NCBI GenBank assembly: GCA_040767365.1
Contig: JAXGOR010000003.1
Span: 135,826 to 199,825, forward strand
Length of the DNA: 64,000 nucleotides
Reading direction: 5' to 3'
DNA from: Clostridia bacterium
Lineage (GTDB): Bacteria; Bacillota; Clostridia; Saccharofermentanales; DTU023
This document shows, in pieces, positions 1 through 9,485 of the stretch (its first letter is position 1; each line of letters opens with the position of its first letter). A model generated the notes under the pieces. That model was not told the DNA's origin and did no database searches. It was given only the letters and a program-made list of their open reading frames with translations. The translations under genes were made by a program, and so were the position numbers.

Positions 1-852
1 GAAGCCCTTTCCACCCTCATTCTCAACAAGCTCCGGGGCACCTTCCAGTGCGCCGCCGTCAAGGCGCCGGGCTTTGGTGACCGCAGGAAGGAAATGCTGC
101 AGGACATCGCGGTCCTGACCGGTGGGAAGGTCATTTCCTCCGATCTGGGCATGGAGCTCAAGGAAGTCGAGCTCTCCGATCTCGGCCAGGCGCGCCAGAT
201 CAAGGTCGACAAGGACAACACGGTCATCGTCGACGGGGCCGGCTCAGCTGAGGACCTGAAGGCCAGGGTCGCGGCCATCCGCGCCCAAATTGAGGAGACA
301 AGCTCCGACTTCGACCGTGAGAAGCTCCAGGAACGCCTGGCCAAGCTCTCGGGTGGCGTCGCCGTCATCAAGGTCGGCGCCGCGACAGAGGTTGAGATGA
401 AAGAGCGCAAGCTCCGGATCGAGGACGCCCTGTCAGCGACCCGCGCGGCCGTTGAGGAAGGCATCGTACCAGGTGGTGGCACTGCCTACATCGACATCCT
501 CGATGACGTTGCCGGACTTCTGGATAACCTGGACGGTGATGAGCGTACGGGCGTTTCAATCGTCCTGAGGGCACTCGAGGAGCCTGTCCGTCAGATCGCC
601 CTGAACAGCGGATTCGACGGCAGCGTCGTCTGTGAGAATGTCAAGTCCAAGGACAAGGGGGTCGGTTTCGACGTCCTGGCGGAGGAGTACACCGATATGA
701 TGGGAGCCGGTATCGTTGATCCGGCCAAGGTGACCCGCTCCGCGCTCCAGAACGCCGCTTCGATAGCCTCCATCCTGCTGACGACCGAAGCTGTTGTCGC
801 CAGCATCCCCGAGCCCGAACCGCCCATGCCTCCGGGAGGCGGCATGTATTAG
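1..852 (+). CDS. groEL: Chaperonin GroEL, 5'-truncated by window edge
   Basis: Frame 1 is open from base 1 ([26 protein letters not shown]). Contains [24 protein letters not shown] and [20 protein letters not shown]; ends GGGMY. Confidence 0.98.
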   Translation, partial: EALSTLILNKLRGTFQCAAVKAPGFGDRRKEMLQDIAVLTGGKVISSDLGMELKEVELSDLGQARQIKVDKDNTVIVDGAGSAEDLKARVAAIRAQIEETSSDFDREKLQERLAKLSGGVAVIKVGAATEVEMKERKLRIEDALSATRAAVEEGIVPGGGTAYIDILDDVAGLLDNLDGDERTGVSIVLRALEEPVRQIALNSGFDGSVVCENVKSKDKGVGFDVLAEEYTDMMGAGIVDPAKVTRSALQNAASIASILLTTEAVVASIPEPEPPMPPGGGMY

Positions 853-876
853 GCCGTAGACGGCAATGATTGAGCC

Positions 877-912
877 AGGGGCTGTCTCCAAGCGGGACAG
901 CCCCTTTCCTTT
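877..912 (+). terminator. Probable intrinsic terminator after groEL
   Basis: AGGGGCTGTC (877-886) pairs with GACAGCCCCT (896-905), followed by TTCCTTT. Confidence 0.7.
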
Positions 913-999
913 CCGGAAGATAAGTTAAGATGGAGGGGGATTATCTTCATCCCCCAAAGCAGATGACCCTGGACCGGGTCCGACAGATCCGAGGAACTT

Positions 1000-1395
1000 A
1001 TGAAACACTGGATGACCTTGATTGCCCCCGTCTTACTGGTTCCCTTGACCATGGTGGGCTTTGGCTGGCTTCTCAAGAAGAAGGCGCCAAAAACCGTCAA
1101 CTGGCTCTTCGGTTACCGAACCGCCCGGTCCATGAAAAATGACGAGACCTGGAGATTTGCCCAAGAAAAGGTGGGCCGGCTCTGGTTGACCTGGGGGCTC
1201 ATCCTGCTGCTCTTGTCCTTGGCGCTCATGCTTATCCTGCTCGGAAAAGATGACAAGCTGGTCGAGAGGGCAGGCTTGGTTTTGACCGTGGCGCAATTAG
1301 TGGTCCTGTCACTCTCCATCATCCCCGTGGAAAGGGCCCTGAAGAAGCATTTTGACAAGGAGGGCCGACGGATTGATGGTCCGGGCACGGCCTGA
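1000..1395 (+). CDS. SdpI/YhfL-family membrane protein
   Basis: Three hydrophobic segments and the NWLFGYRTARSMKNDETWRFAQ motif typical of the SdpI family; GAGGA RBS upstream. Confidence 0.75.
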   Translation: MKHWMTLIAPVLLVPLTMVGFGWLLKKKAPKTVNWLFGYRTARSMKNDETWRFAQEKVGRLWLTWGLILLLLSLALMLILLGKDDKLVERAGLVLTVAQLVVLSLSIIPVERALKKHFDKEGRRIDGPGTA

Positions 1396-1519
1396 ACCAG
1401 GAGTCCTGTCGGATCCAAGTTGCTGGGGTTGAAGCCTGTTCCCGCTGTGGCCGGTCCCACCTGTCGTGCTATAGTGAAAAAAGATTTACGGCAAAGGGAA
1501 GGATGGCCAGGTCGAGCGT

Positions 1520-2662
1520 ATGAGGCGAGCCAAATCGGGTGAAAAGGAATCGGCCCCCCGGCTGATTGTCCTCCTGTCTGTTTGCTGGCTGATCCTCTTT
1601 GCCATCGTGGCCCTGCTTGTACTTTTATCACGTGAGCCCGGGGCCATCCAGGAATCCAAGGAGATGATCACACTGGGCAGGCCCTTCTCCCTGCGGGGGG
1701 CATCGCCCTCATCCTTTGCCAGGGTCGGGGCAAGCCTGGTCCGCATTGATGATGAGGGGATCGCCAGCCTGGATTCGGCCGGCAGGGAGCAGACCTTCAT
1801 TCCCTATCCCTACCGCCAGCCAAAGGTGATCCGTATGGGGGAGAGCCTCATGGTCGTACCGGAAAAGGGTAGCGGTTATCTGGCCATCCTGCCCGATATC
1901 TCAACCATTGAGGCCGAGGCCGACGAGACCATCCATGGGGCCGATTACTGCGACGAGCATATCCTGACCTTTGGCCCCTCAGCCAAGGGCAGGACCTCCG
2001 TCATCCTTTACGATACGGCAGGCGGCAGCTACCGGGCCGCCCTGAGCTTTGACTCCCTGGAGTGGCCGGTCCGGGTGGCATTTGTGCCGGATTGTCGGCA
2101 TTTTGATGTTCTCCTCCTCGACCTGACGGAAGGCAGGTCGGGGACCAGGCTCCTGCGCTTCGACTATGAGGGCGGGCTCCTGTCCGATAGGCGGGTATCG
2201 GAGGATGAACTCTACCCCTGGATCGCCTATCTGGAAGATCAGGAGATCCTCCTCTTCAACGAGCGCGATCTCCTGCTGGTGGATTATGGAACCGGGGCCA
2301 TGGGGGGCGTGAAGATCCCCGGTGAGCTCATCAAGGTGGAAGGGGCGGCCCAAGGCTTGGCTGTCCTGACAGGGCAGGGGGGCGAGACGGCCTTCTACCT
2401 GGTCCTGCCCGCCTCAAGGCGGCCGGATAGCTTCTTTTTTGAACCGGAAGAGGGCGGCCAGGTCGAGTGCTTTGCCTTCGCCTCGGACGGATCCTTGATC
2501 CTGGCTGCCGGCCGTCAGGAGCTTTTTATCTATGATCCTGTCTCCGGCGTCTTGGTTGCCCGACAAGGGGTAGAGTCCGGCATCCGGGAGATCCTGCCCC
2601 TGGACAGCCACAATTTCCTGCTAATTTATGACCGGGAGGCCAGGATTGCCACCGTGAGGTAA
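1520..2662 (+). CDS. Hypothetical membrane-anchored protein, probably beta-propeller-like
   Basis: One N-terminal TM helix, then repeated short beta-strand-like segments; normal codon usage; no family recognised with confidence. Confidence 0.55.
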   Translation: MRRAKSGEKESAPRLIVLLSVCWLILFAIVALLVLLSREPGAIQESKEMITLGRPFSLRGASPSSFARVGASLVRIDDEGIASLDSAGREQTFIPYPYRQPKVIRMGESLMVVPEKGSGYLAILPDISTIEAEADETIHGADYCDEHILTFGPSAKGRTSVILYDTAGGSYRAALSFDSLEWPVRVAFVPDCRHFDVLLLDLTEGRSGTRLLRFDYEGGLLSDRRVSEDELYPWIAYLEDQEILLFNERDLLLVDYGTGAMGGVKIPGELIKVEGAAQGLAVLTGQGGETAFYLVLPASRRPDSFFFEPEEGGQVECFAFASDGSLILAAGRQELFIYDPVSGVLVARQGVESGIREILPLDSHNFLLIYDREARIATVR

Positions 2663-2673
2663 GGGGGTTTGAT

Positions 2674-3928
2674 TTGAGACGACAAGACGACTTGATCATC
2701 ATCGGCGGGGGCGCGTCCGGCTTCCTGGCGGCCCTTGGCGCCAGGCTGAGTGGTTTTCAGGGCAGGGCCGTCATCATTGAAAAAGAGGAACAGGCCCTGC
2801 GCAAGGTCCTGGCCAGCGGCAACGGCCGCTGCAACCTGGTCAACATAAATCCGGCAGAGGGCCGCTTCCACGGTGAGGACCCGTCCTTTGCCCTGTCGGT
2901 CCTGAACCAGCACCCGGCCAGCAGGGTCCTGGACATCTTCAAGGAAATCGGCCTTCTGACCGTGGAGGACAGGGAGGGCCGGATCTACCCCCGCTCCTTC
3001 CAGTCCCGGTCCGTGACCACAGTCCTGGTCAAGGCCCTGGAAAGCCAGGGGGTGGAACTGCTTTTCCCCCACACTGTCACTCATCTGGACAGGATAGGTG
3101 ACCGCTACCGTGTCACCCTTGGGGGGCGGGGAAGTTGAGGGTCGCGCCGTCATAATCGCGACGGGCAGTCCGGCCGCACCGGAACTGGGTGGGGCCTCGC
3201 TCGGCTACGACCTGCTCCGGCCTTTCGGCCACCGGGTCCGGGAACCGGTTCCCGCCCTGGTCCCCCTGACAGTCCAGCCCCATCCGCTTACGCGCCTGGC
3301 GGAGGGGGTCAGGTTCAGGGGTGCCGCCAGCTTTACAGGCCAGGCCGGGGAAAGGGCCGCCTCGTCGGGCGAGTATCTCATAACCGCCTACGGCCTGTCA
3401 GGCATTGCCGGTATGGATCTTGGCCGGGCGGCGGGCAGGGCAGCCGCCCAAGCCGGCGGGTCCCGTCCGACAGTGGGAAGGCTGAGCCTGGATTTCCTGC
3501 CCGAATGGGGGCGGGAGGATATCTTCGACCTGCTCAAGAAGAGCGGGGCCGATGACTGGCGGTCGGCGCTGGCGGGCCTGGTCCCGGAAAAGGTCGGCCA
3601 GGCCGTCCTGGCAGTGTCGGGGCTGTCGGACGCCATTGCCAGCCGTGACGCGGAGGCAGGGATCCTGGCCGGGCTGGTCAAGGGACTGGACCTCCTGGTG
3701 ACGGGGACCCGCGGCTTCACCTTCGCGCATGTCGCTGCCGGAGGCGTCCTGACTGAGGGCTTTGACCGGGAGACCCTCATGTCGAGCGGCCAGCCTGGTC
3801 TTTTCGCCTGTGGTGAGCTGCTCGACGTCGATGGCGATACGGGCGGGTTCAACCTCCTTTGGGCCTTTTCTTCCGGCTTTCTGGCCGGTGGATCGGCAGC
3901 CCGTTTCCTGGAGGCGGACGGGGTTTGA
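2674..3928 (+). pseudogene. HI0933/YhiN-family NAD(P)/FAD-dependent oxidoreductase, split by one frameshift at a G6 run (3121-3126)
   Basis: ORF 2674-3138 has IIIGGGASG and KVLASGNGRCN. ORF 3098-3928 continues with IIATGS, AGGV and LFACGELLDVDGDTGGFNL. Removing one G joins them. Confidence 0.85.
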
Positions 3929-5064
3929 AGGACTTCTCCGACAGGATCCTGACCTGGTTTGACGGAGAGGCGAGGGTCCTGCCCTGGCGGGTCCCGCCAA
4001 CCCGGCCTGAAGATGGCCTGCGCCGGGATCCCTACGCTGTGGCCGTATCTGAGTTCATGCTCCAACAAACCCAGGTTGTGACGGTCCTGGCCTATTACCA
4101 GCCTTTCATGGCCCGCTTTCCCAGTTGGCAGGCGCTGGCCGATTCCCGGGAGACGGAGGTCCTGAAACTCTGGGAGGGGCTGGGCTATTACCGGCGGGCA
4201 CGCCAGCTTCGACATCTGGCGCAGACCCTTGTCGAAGATTTTGGCGGCCGGCTGCCAAAGGAGAGGGAGGCGCTATTGAAACTCCCCGGTATAGGGCCCT
4301 ACACGGCCGGCGCCCTCCTGGCCTTTGCCTACGACCTGCCGGAGCCGGCCGTTGACGGCAATGTGGTCCGCCTGATATCAAGATTTGACGCAAACCCATA
4401 TCAGCAGGGAAATCCTAAGGCGCAGCGCGAAGTCAGGGAACGGGTCCTGGAGCTCATGCCTGACCAGCGACCAGGGGATTTCAGCGAGGCCCTGATCGAG
4501 CTCGGGGCCACGGTCTGTCTCCGCCTGTCGCCAGCCTGTCAGGCCTGTCCCATAAATCATCAATGCCAGGCCTTCATTCAATCAAGGGTGGAGGAGTTTC
4601 CGGTCCGGGCGGAAAGCCTGGAAAAACCCATCTCCCAAAAGACCTACCTGCTTTACTACGATGGCCGCCGGATCTGGTGCCGGCGCCGGCCTAGGGGTTT
4701 GCTGGCAGGCCTTTACGAGTTTCCCGCCCTGGCCGGCTACTATGGTGAGGACAGGGAGGGGGAGCTGGAGAGGGCCCTGCGGGAGGCCTATGGCCTCTTT
4801 GGTCGGGAGGGGGCGGCCGGTCTGCGCTTTGTCGGCCGGCGGCGGCCGGTCTTCTCACACCGGATCTGGGAGCTGGCCCTGTGGGAATTGAGGCTTGCCT
4901 CCCCCGGCGATTCTCTTGTGGAGGACCGGCTGGACGGGGGGGAAGGGGGTTTGGTCGCTTTTTCCCCGGAAGAGCTCGCGGAGCTTCCCTTTCCGGCCTT
5001 CCTTGCCTCCTGGCGGGATGCTTTTCTTGCCGGGTTAGGGTATAAAAAAAGCCCCGAACTTTGA
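3925..5064 (+). CDS. mutY: A/G-specific adenine DNA glycosylase MutY
   Basis: LPWR, SEFMLQQTQV, WEGLGYYRRAR, HhH LPGIGPYTA, VDGNVVR and the CxxxxxxCxxCxxxxxC Fe-S motif. TTG start at 3925 overlaps the upstream stop. Confidence 0.95.
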   Translation: MKDFSDRILTWFDGEARVLPWRVPPTRPEDGLRRDPYAVAVSEFMLQQTQVVTVLAYYQPFMARFPSWQALADSRETEVLKLWEGLGYYRRARQLRHLAQTLVEDFGGRLPKEREALLKLPGIGPYTAGALLAFAYDLPEPAVDGNVVRLISRFDANPYQQGNPKAQREVRERVLELMPDQRPGDFSEALIELGATVCLRLSPACQACPINHQCQAFIQSRVEEFPVRAESLEKPISQKTYLLYYDGRRIWCRRRPRGLLAGLYEFPALAGYYGEDREGELERALREAYGLFGREGAAGLRFVGRRRPVFSHRIWELALWELRLASPGDSLVEDRLDGGEGGLVAFSPEELAELPFPAFLASWRDAFLAGLGYKKSPEL

Positions 5065-5077
5065 AGTTCGAGGCTTC
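5044..5077. terminator. Hairpin between convergent mutY and tRNA-Gln
   Basis: AAGCCCCGAACT-TTG-AAGTTCGAGGCTT with an A7 tract on the left, i.e. a U-tract for the minus-strand tRNA transcript. Confidence 0.7.
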
Positions 5078-5151
5078 TGGCTGCCGATCCAGGATTTGAA
5101 CCCGGACAAACTGAGTCAGAGTCAGGTGTGCTACCGTTACACTAATCGGCA
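5078..5151 (-). tRNA. tRNA-Gln(CTG)
   Basis: Minus strand folds as a cloverleaf: acceptor TGCCGAT/ATCGGCA, anticodon loop CT-CTG-AC, T-loop TTCAAAT, encoded CCA. Confidence 0.95.
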
Positions 5152-5173
5152 AGGTCTTAACACGACAAATGGA

Positions 5174-5203
5174 ATGATACCAGCCCCGGACGCCGCTTGT
5201 CAA
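5174..5203 (-). promoter_or_regulatory. Sigma-A-type promoter of tRNA-Gln
   Basis: TTGACA-N18-TATCAT on the minus strand, just upstream of the tRNA. Confidence 0.6.
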
Positions 5204-5300
5204 ACGACGGCATGACAGAAGGGCCCCAGACCATAAAAAGACTCTCCATATGCTAATATGGAAAAAAGATTTTGGCGCCTGGTCGACTGGAGGAACGCGT

Positions 5301-6782
5301 TTGCCCTCAAGCTTATTTTCAAAAATCGGTGAGTTTTTCAATGAGCTGCGCTACAGCCTGTCGGACGGTTTGCTGTTCCTGGGTGGTCCGCTTGATCTGG
5401 TGATCGCCCTCTTCGACATTGCGATCACGGCCCTCGTCCTGTATTTCATCCTCCTCCTCCTCCGCGATTCCAGGGCCTGGCAACTCCTTCGCGGGATCAT
5501 CCTGATTGTCATTTTCGCCCTGGCCGCGAGTGCCATCGGGCTCAATACCATCGGCTTCATGCTGAACCGGACCATCTCCATCCTGGCGATTGCCATCATC
5601 GTGATTTTCCAGCCTGAATTACGGCGGACCCTTGAGGCGGTCGGCCGCAACCGGCTGTCCTACGGCAGCTGGGATGTGTTTACGGACGGGGCCAGCGCCC
5701 ACCAGATGATCGAAGCCATTGTCAACGCCTGCGAATGGATGTCGGAGGCGGGGACAGGCGCCCTGATCATCATCGAGCGGGATACGCGGCTGGGCGAGCT
5801 GCACGAGCAGGAAAACGCCGTCCGCCTGGATGCCAATGTCACTTCAACCCTCCTGCGCCAAATCTTCTATTCGGGATCGCCGCTCCATGACGGGGCCGTG
5901 CTCATCCGGGACGGCAGGATCTCCGCCGCCCGCGTCCATGTCCCCCTGTCCGACAATTACCACCTGAGAAGGGATTTCGGCCTCCGCCACCGCGCGGCCG
6001 TGGGGGCGAGTGAGATGGGTGATGCCATCGCCGTTGTCGTCTCGGAGGAGCGGGGGGCGATAAGTGTGGCTGTCGGCGGCGTTCTTCGGATACTCAGCAA
6101 TGGGGACGCCCTGCGTACCCAGCTCCACCGCCTGCTCGGAACCATCCCCGAAGAAGACGACCGCTCCTTGCAGAACAGGCTCCGTTTGTTCCTGACAAGG
6201 CGGAAACGCAAGGAGAGGGAAGACCAGACCGGTGACCAGGTCTTGTCCACGCACGATTTCCGGGAGGAGGACCCTGCCGGGGAGCAGGACCCCCTGTCTC
6301 AGGAGGATGCCCCCGATCGGGAAGGCGACGACAAGGGCCGGAGGCGGACCCGCCAGAAGCTGCTGTGGGGACAGCGGCGGACGGGGTCACTCCTCTCACG
6401 CAAGCAGCGGATAGGCCTGGCCGTCATCGCCTTTTTCCTGGCTTTCTTCATGTGGCTTTTTGTCCAGGTCACCGTCAACCCGGTGACCGTACGGACTTTC
6501 TCCGTCCCCCTGGCCCACCATGGTGTTGATCAGGCCAGGGAAAACGGTTTTGGCATACAGGGCTATCCCGTCTCCAATGTCCAGATAACCTTGCGCGGCC
6601 GGCAGCAGGTCTTGTCCGATATCAATCCCGGCAAACTCTCGGCCTACATCGACGTTGGCGGCGTGAGCAAGTCAGGCCCGGTCCAGCTGCCAATCAGGGT
6701 CGATACCCACACACTTCTGTACACAAAAACAGAACTTCTCATCCCGGCGTCCGTGACGGTTAACGTATTTGTATTAGAATAG
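5301..6782 (+). CDS. cdaA: Diadenylate cyclase CdaA fused to a CdaR/YbbR-like C-terminal module
   Basis: 3-TM N-terminus, IIFQPELRR, DisA_N motifs LHDGA, GLRHRAA and VVSEE; then an acidic linker, a TM helix and one YbbR-like domain. TTG 5301 has GGAGG 7 nt upstream (ORF track starts at 5250). Confidence 0.9.
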   Translation: MPSSLFSKIGEFFNELRYSLSDGLLFLGGPLDLVIALFDIAITALVLYFILLLLRDSRAWQLLRGIILIVIFALAASAIGLNTIGFMLNRTISILAIAIIVIFQPELRRTLEAVGRNRLSYGSWDVFTDGASAHQMIEAIVNACEWMSEAGTGALIIIERDTRLGELHEQENAVRLDANVTSTLLRQIFYSGSPLHDGAVLIRDGRISAARVHVPLSDNYHLRRDFGLRHRAAVGASEMGDAIAVVVSEERGAISVAVGGVLRILSNGDALRTQLHRLLGTIPEEDDRSLQNRLRLFLTRRKRKEREDQTGDQVLSTHDFREEDPAGEQDPLSQEDAPDREGDDKGRRRTRQKLLWGQRRTGSLLSRKQRIGLAVIAFFLAFFMWLFVQVTVNPVTVRTFSVPLAHHGVDQARENGFGIQGYPVSNVQITLRGRQQVLSDINPGKLSAYIDVGGVSKSGPVQLPIRVDTHTLLYTKTELLIPASVTVNVFVLE

Positions 6783-6862
6783 GCCATAGCCCCTGGATGG
6801 AAGTTGCTTTTCAAGTGGAGAACCACTTTCTTCATGGGCAATCGTAATTTTAAGGTGAAGCT

Positions 6863-8230
6863 ATGACAAGACTGTTTGGAACCGATGGGGTCAGGGGTGT
6901 CGCCAATAGGGACTTAACGCCTGACCTGGCCTTTAAGCTTGGCCTGGCCGGCGCCCTTGTGCTGACGGAAGAGACGCATCATAAGCCGACCTTTGTCGTC
7001 GGGGCTGATACACGCGTATCGTGCGGTATGTTGGGCTCCGCCCTCATGGCGGGCATCACCTCGGCGGGCGCGGATGTGGTCTATGTCGATGTCATTGCGA
7101 CGCCGGGGGTCGCCTGGCTGACCCGGGAACTCAAGGCGGACGCGGGGGCTATGATTTCGGCCTCCCACAATTCTTTCGAATTCAACGGGATAAAATTCTT
7201 CTCCAATGGGGGCCTTAAATTACCGGACGCGACGGAGGACGCCATCGAGGCGGTAATGCGGGAGGGCTTCCAAACAGCTGACCGGCCGATTGGGGAGAAG
7301 GTCGGCCGGCTGATCCGCTATGACGAGGGCGCGGAAGCCTACAAGGACCACTTGCTGTCGATCGCGGACCTTGACCTTACCGGCTTGCGGCTGGTGATCG
7401 ACTGCGCCAACGGGGCCAGTTACCGGACTGCCCCCAGCTTGTTCAGAAGCCTGGGCGCTGAGGTAACGGCGCTGGGTATCGAGCCCGATGGCTTCAACAT
7501 CAACCGCGGCTGCGGTTCAACCCATGCTGCCAAGCTGGCCGCCCATGTCCTGGAGAAGAAGGCCGATCTTGGTCTGGCCTTTGATGGCGACGCCGACCGG
7601 CTGATCGCCGTTGACGACCAGGGGGAGCTGGTTGACGGTGATGTCATGCTCGCCATCCTGGCCCGTGATCTGGACAAACGGGGCAGGTTGGCCCACAAGA
7701 CAATCGTGGCGACGGTCATGAGCAATTTCGGTCTGGGACAGATGGCGGAACGCGAAGGTTTTCGCCTGGTCCGCACCCCTGTGGGCGACCGCTATGTGCT
7801 GGAGCGCATGATCCGGGACGGCCTGTCGCTTGGCGGCGAGCAGAGTGGTCATATCATCCTGCGAGAGGATTCGTCGACGGGGGATGGCCAGCTGACAGCC
7901 CTCCGGCTCCTCCGTGCCCTGCAGACGCCGGGATCGCCCGCCTCCTTGAGTGAGGCGCGCGGCCTGATCGAATTGTTCCCCCAGGTCCTGGATAGTGTCC
8001 AGGTGGAGGAGGGGAAGAAAAATGCAATCCTGGACCATGCCGAGCTTGCCGGCGCGATCAGTGAAGTTGAGGAGAAGCTCGGTTCTTTGGGCCGGGTCCT
8101 GATCCGGAAGTCCGGGACCGAGCCGGTGATCCGGATCATGATTGAAGGCCAGGATCTGGATGAGATCAGGGCCTTGTCGGACGGCCTTCGCGCCCTTATC
8201 GAGAAGCTCAACCAAGGGGCAACCGGGTAA
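6863..8230 (+). CDS. glmM: Phosphoglucosamine mutase
   Basis: LFGTDGVRG, MISASHN, FDGDADR, GGEQSGH, SGTEPVIR; canonical position after cdaA/cdaR. Confidence 0.97.
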   Translation: MTRLFGTDGVRGVANRDLTPDLAFKLGLAGALVLTEETHHKPTFVVGADTRVSCGMLGSALMAGITSAGADVVYVDVIATPGVAWLTRELKADAGAMISASHNSFEFNGIKFFSNGGLKLPDATEDAIEAVMREGFQTADRPIGEKVGRLIRYDEGAEAYKDHLLSIADLDLTGLRLVIDCANGASYRTAPSLFRSLGAEVTALGIEPDGFNINRGCGSTHAAKLAAHVLEKKADLGLAFDGDADRLIAVDDQGELVDGDVMLAILARDLDKRGRLAHKTIVATVMSNFGLGQMAEREGFRLVRTPVGDRYVLERMIRDGLSLGGEQSGHIILREDSSTGDGQLTALRLLRALQTPGSPASLSEARGLIELFPQVLDSVQVEEGKKNAILDHAELAGAISEVEEKLGSLGRVLIRKSGTEPVIRIMIEGQDLDEIRALSDGLRALIEKLNQGATG

Positions 8231-8236
8231 GAGACA

Positions 8237-9478
8237 GTGCCGGGCAGGAGGGGTAGCCGCTTTGTCTTTTTCTTGCTGATGGCCAGCATGCTCCTCCTGC
8301 TGCTGTCGGCCTTCGGAGTCACCCAAAAACCCATCCGGGGCGCCAAGCGCTTCCAACTCGGTCCGGGGACCGCGACCAGCCCCCAACCGATCCCGAGCGG
8401 GACGGAGGCGGAAAGCCAGCCTGAGGTTCAGGGGGAGGAAGGGGAGACCGGGGGATCGGAGATGGAAAGGGTACCCCTGCCCGTCACAGGCAATGAGGTT
8501 GATGACCTGCCGGTAGGCGGGGAGTCCCTTCGGGTCTGGCCCGAGGATTTGTCCATACCAAGACTGCACGAACCCGATCTCGAGGCCTATCTCGGCCAGG
8601 CAAGCGCGACCCTCCCCCTGCGGGGCATTACGGTCATCCTCGACGCTTCGAGGGGCGGGGCGGATATTGGGGCTGTCTGGGGTTCTGGCCCGGAAGCCAT
8701 CATGGAGAAAAACATCCTCCTGGACATTGCCGTGGAAGCGGAGAAGGCCCTGGCCCGGCTGGGGGCCACGGTGGTCATGACCCGGACCACGGATGAAGAA
8801 TTCTCCCTGTTCAGGACGGTTGCGAAAGCGGCCGATGTCGCCCTGATCCGCTACGGTGAGGCGGCGGAGGCGGCAGGCTACGAGCAAGACCTTGTCGACA
8901 GCCTCCGGCTTTTGATGGGCGATATCATCCGGATCAACCAGAACGGCCCCTCCACGGGCGGCCGGGGGATTTTCGGGGCCATCGGGACGCCCCCCCAGCT
9001 TCGGATCATCTACGATATCGAATCACAATACACGGATACCCTCTTCATCAACCTGGCCCTTGCCAACGAACCGGATAAACCTGAGGCCAAGGGGACGCAG
9101 GCCTATTACATGTCAGGGTCTTTCGTGAGCCAGGTCAACAATGGCTATGCCGTCGGCCAGGATGCCCAACAGCTGTCACCCAATTACGCCAATATCGACA
9201 GTGAAGGCCGCGCGCGCCTGGCCTCTCTCCTGAAGTCGGGACTTACTGCCCTGGAACCCTGGCTCCAGCCGGAGGATGGCGACACGGCCGGTATCGAAAG
9301 GGATATGGCTGTCCTCCGTCTGACCAACTTTGTGTCGGTGTCCCTGGTTCCGGGTCATTTATCCAATGAGGGTGACCGCCGGATCCTGACTTCGGACAAG
9401 GGTCGTGAAACGATCGGATCAGCGATCGCCAACGCTGTTCTACAGTATTACACGACAGCCCCGCCGGAAGCCTCCTGA
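8237..9478 (+). CDS. Membrane-anchored N-acetylmuramoyl-L-alanine amidase (Amidase_3)-like protein with degenerate active site
   Basis: N-terminal TM helix; fold hallmarks ITVILDASRGGAD, EKNILL, GATVVMTRTTD, VLR..N and GHLSN..D are present, but both Zn-His and the catalytic Glu are substituted. Confidence 0.8.
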   Translation: MPGRRGSRFVFFLLMASMLLLLLSAFGVTQKPIRGAKRFQLGPGTATSPQPIPSGTEAESQPEVQGEEGETGGSEMERVPLPVTGNEVDDLPVGGESLRVWPEDLSIPRLHEPDLEAYLGQASATLPLRGITVILDASRGGADIGAVWGSGPEAIMEKNILLDIAVEAEKALARLGATVVMTRTTDEEFSLFRTVAKAADVALIRYGEAAEAAGYEQDLVDSLRLLMGDIIRINQNGPSTGGRGIFGAIGTPPQLRIIYDIESQYTDTLFINLALANEPDKPEAKGTQAYYMSGSFVSQVNNGYAVGQDAQQLSPNYANIDSEGRARLASLLKSGLTALEPWLQPEDGDTAGIERDMAVLRLTNFVSVSLVPGHLSNEGDRRILTSDKGRETIGSAIANAVLQYYTTAPPEAS

Positions 9479-9485
9479 CCGCCGG

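Noticed and set aside
930-1142. 70-aa ORF after groEL
   Set aside because: Overlaps the better-supported SdpI-family gene in another frame and has no recognisable motif.
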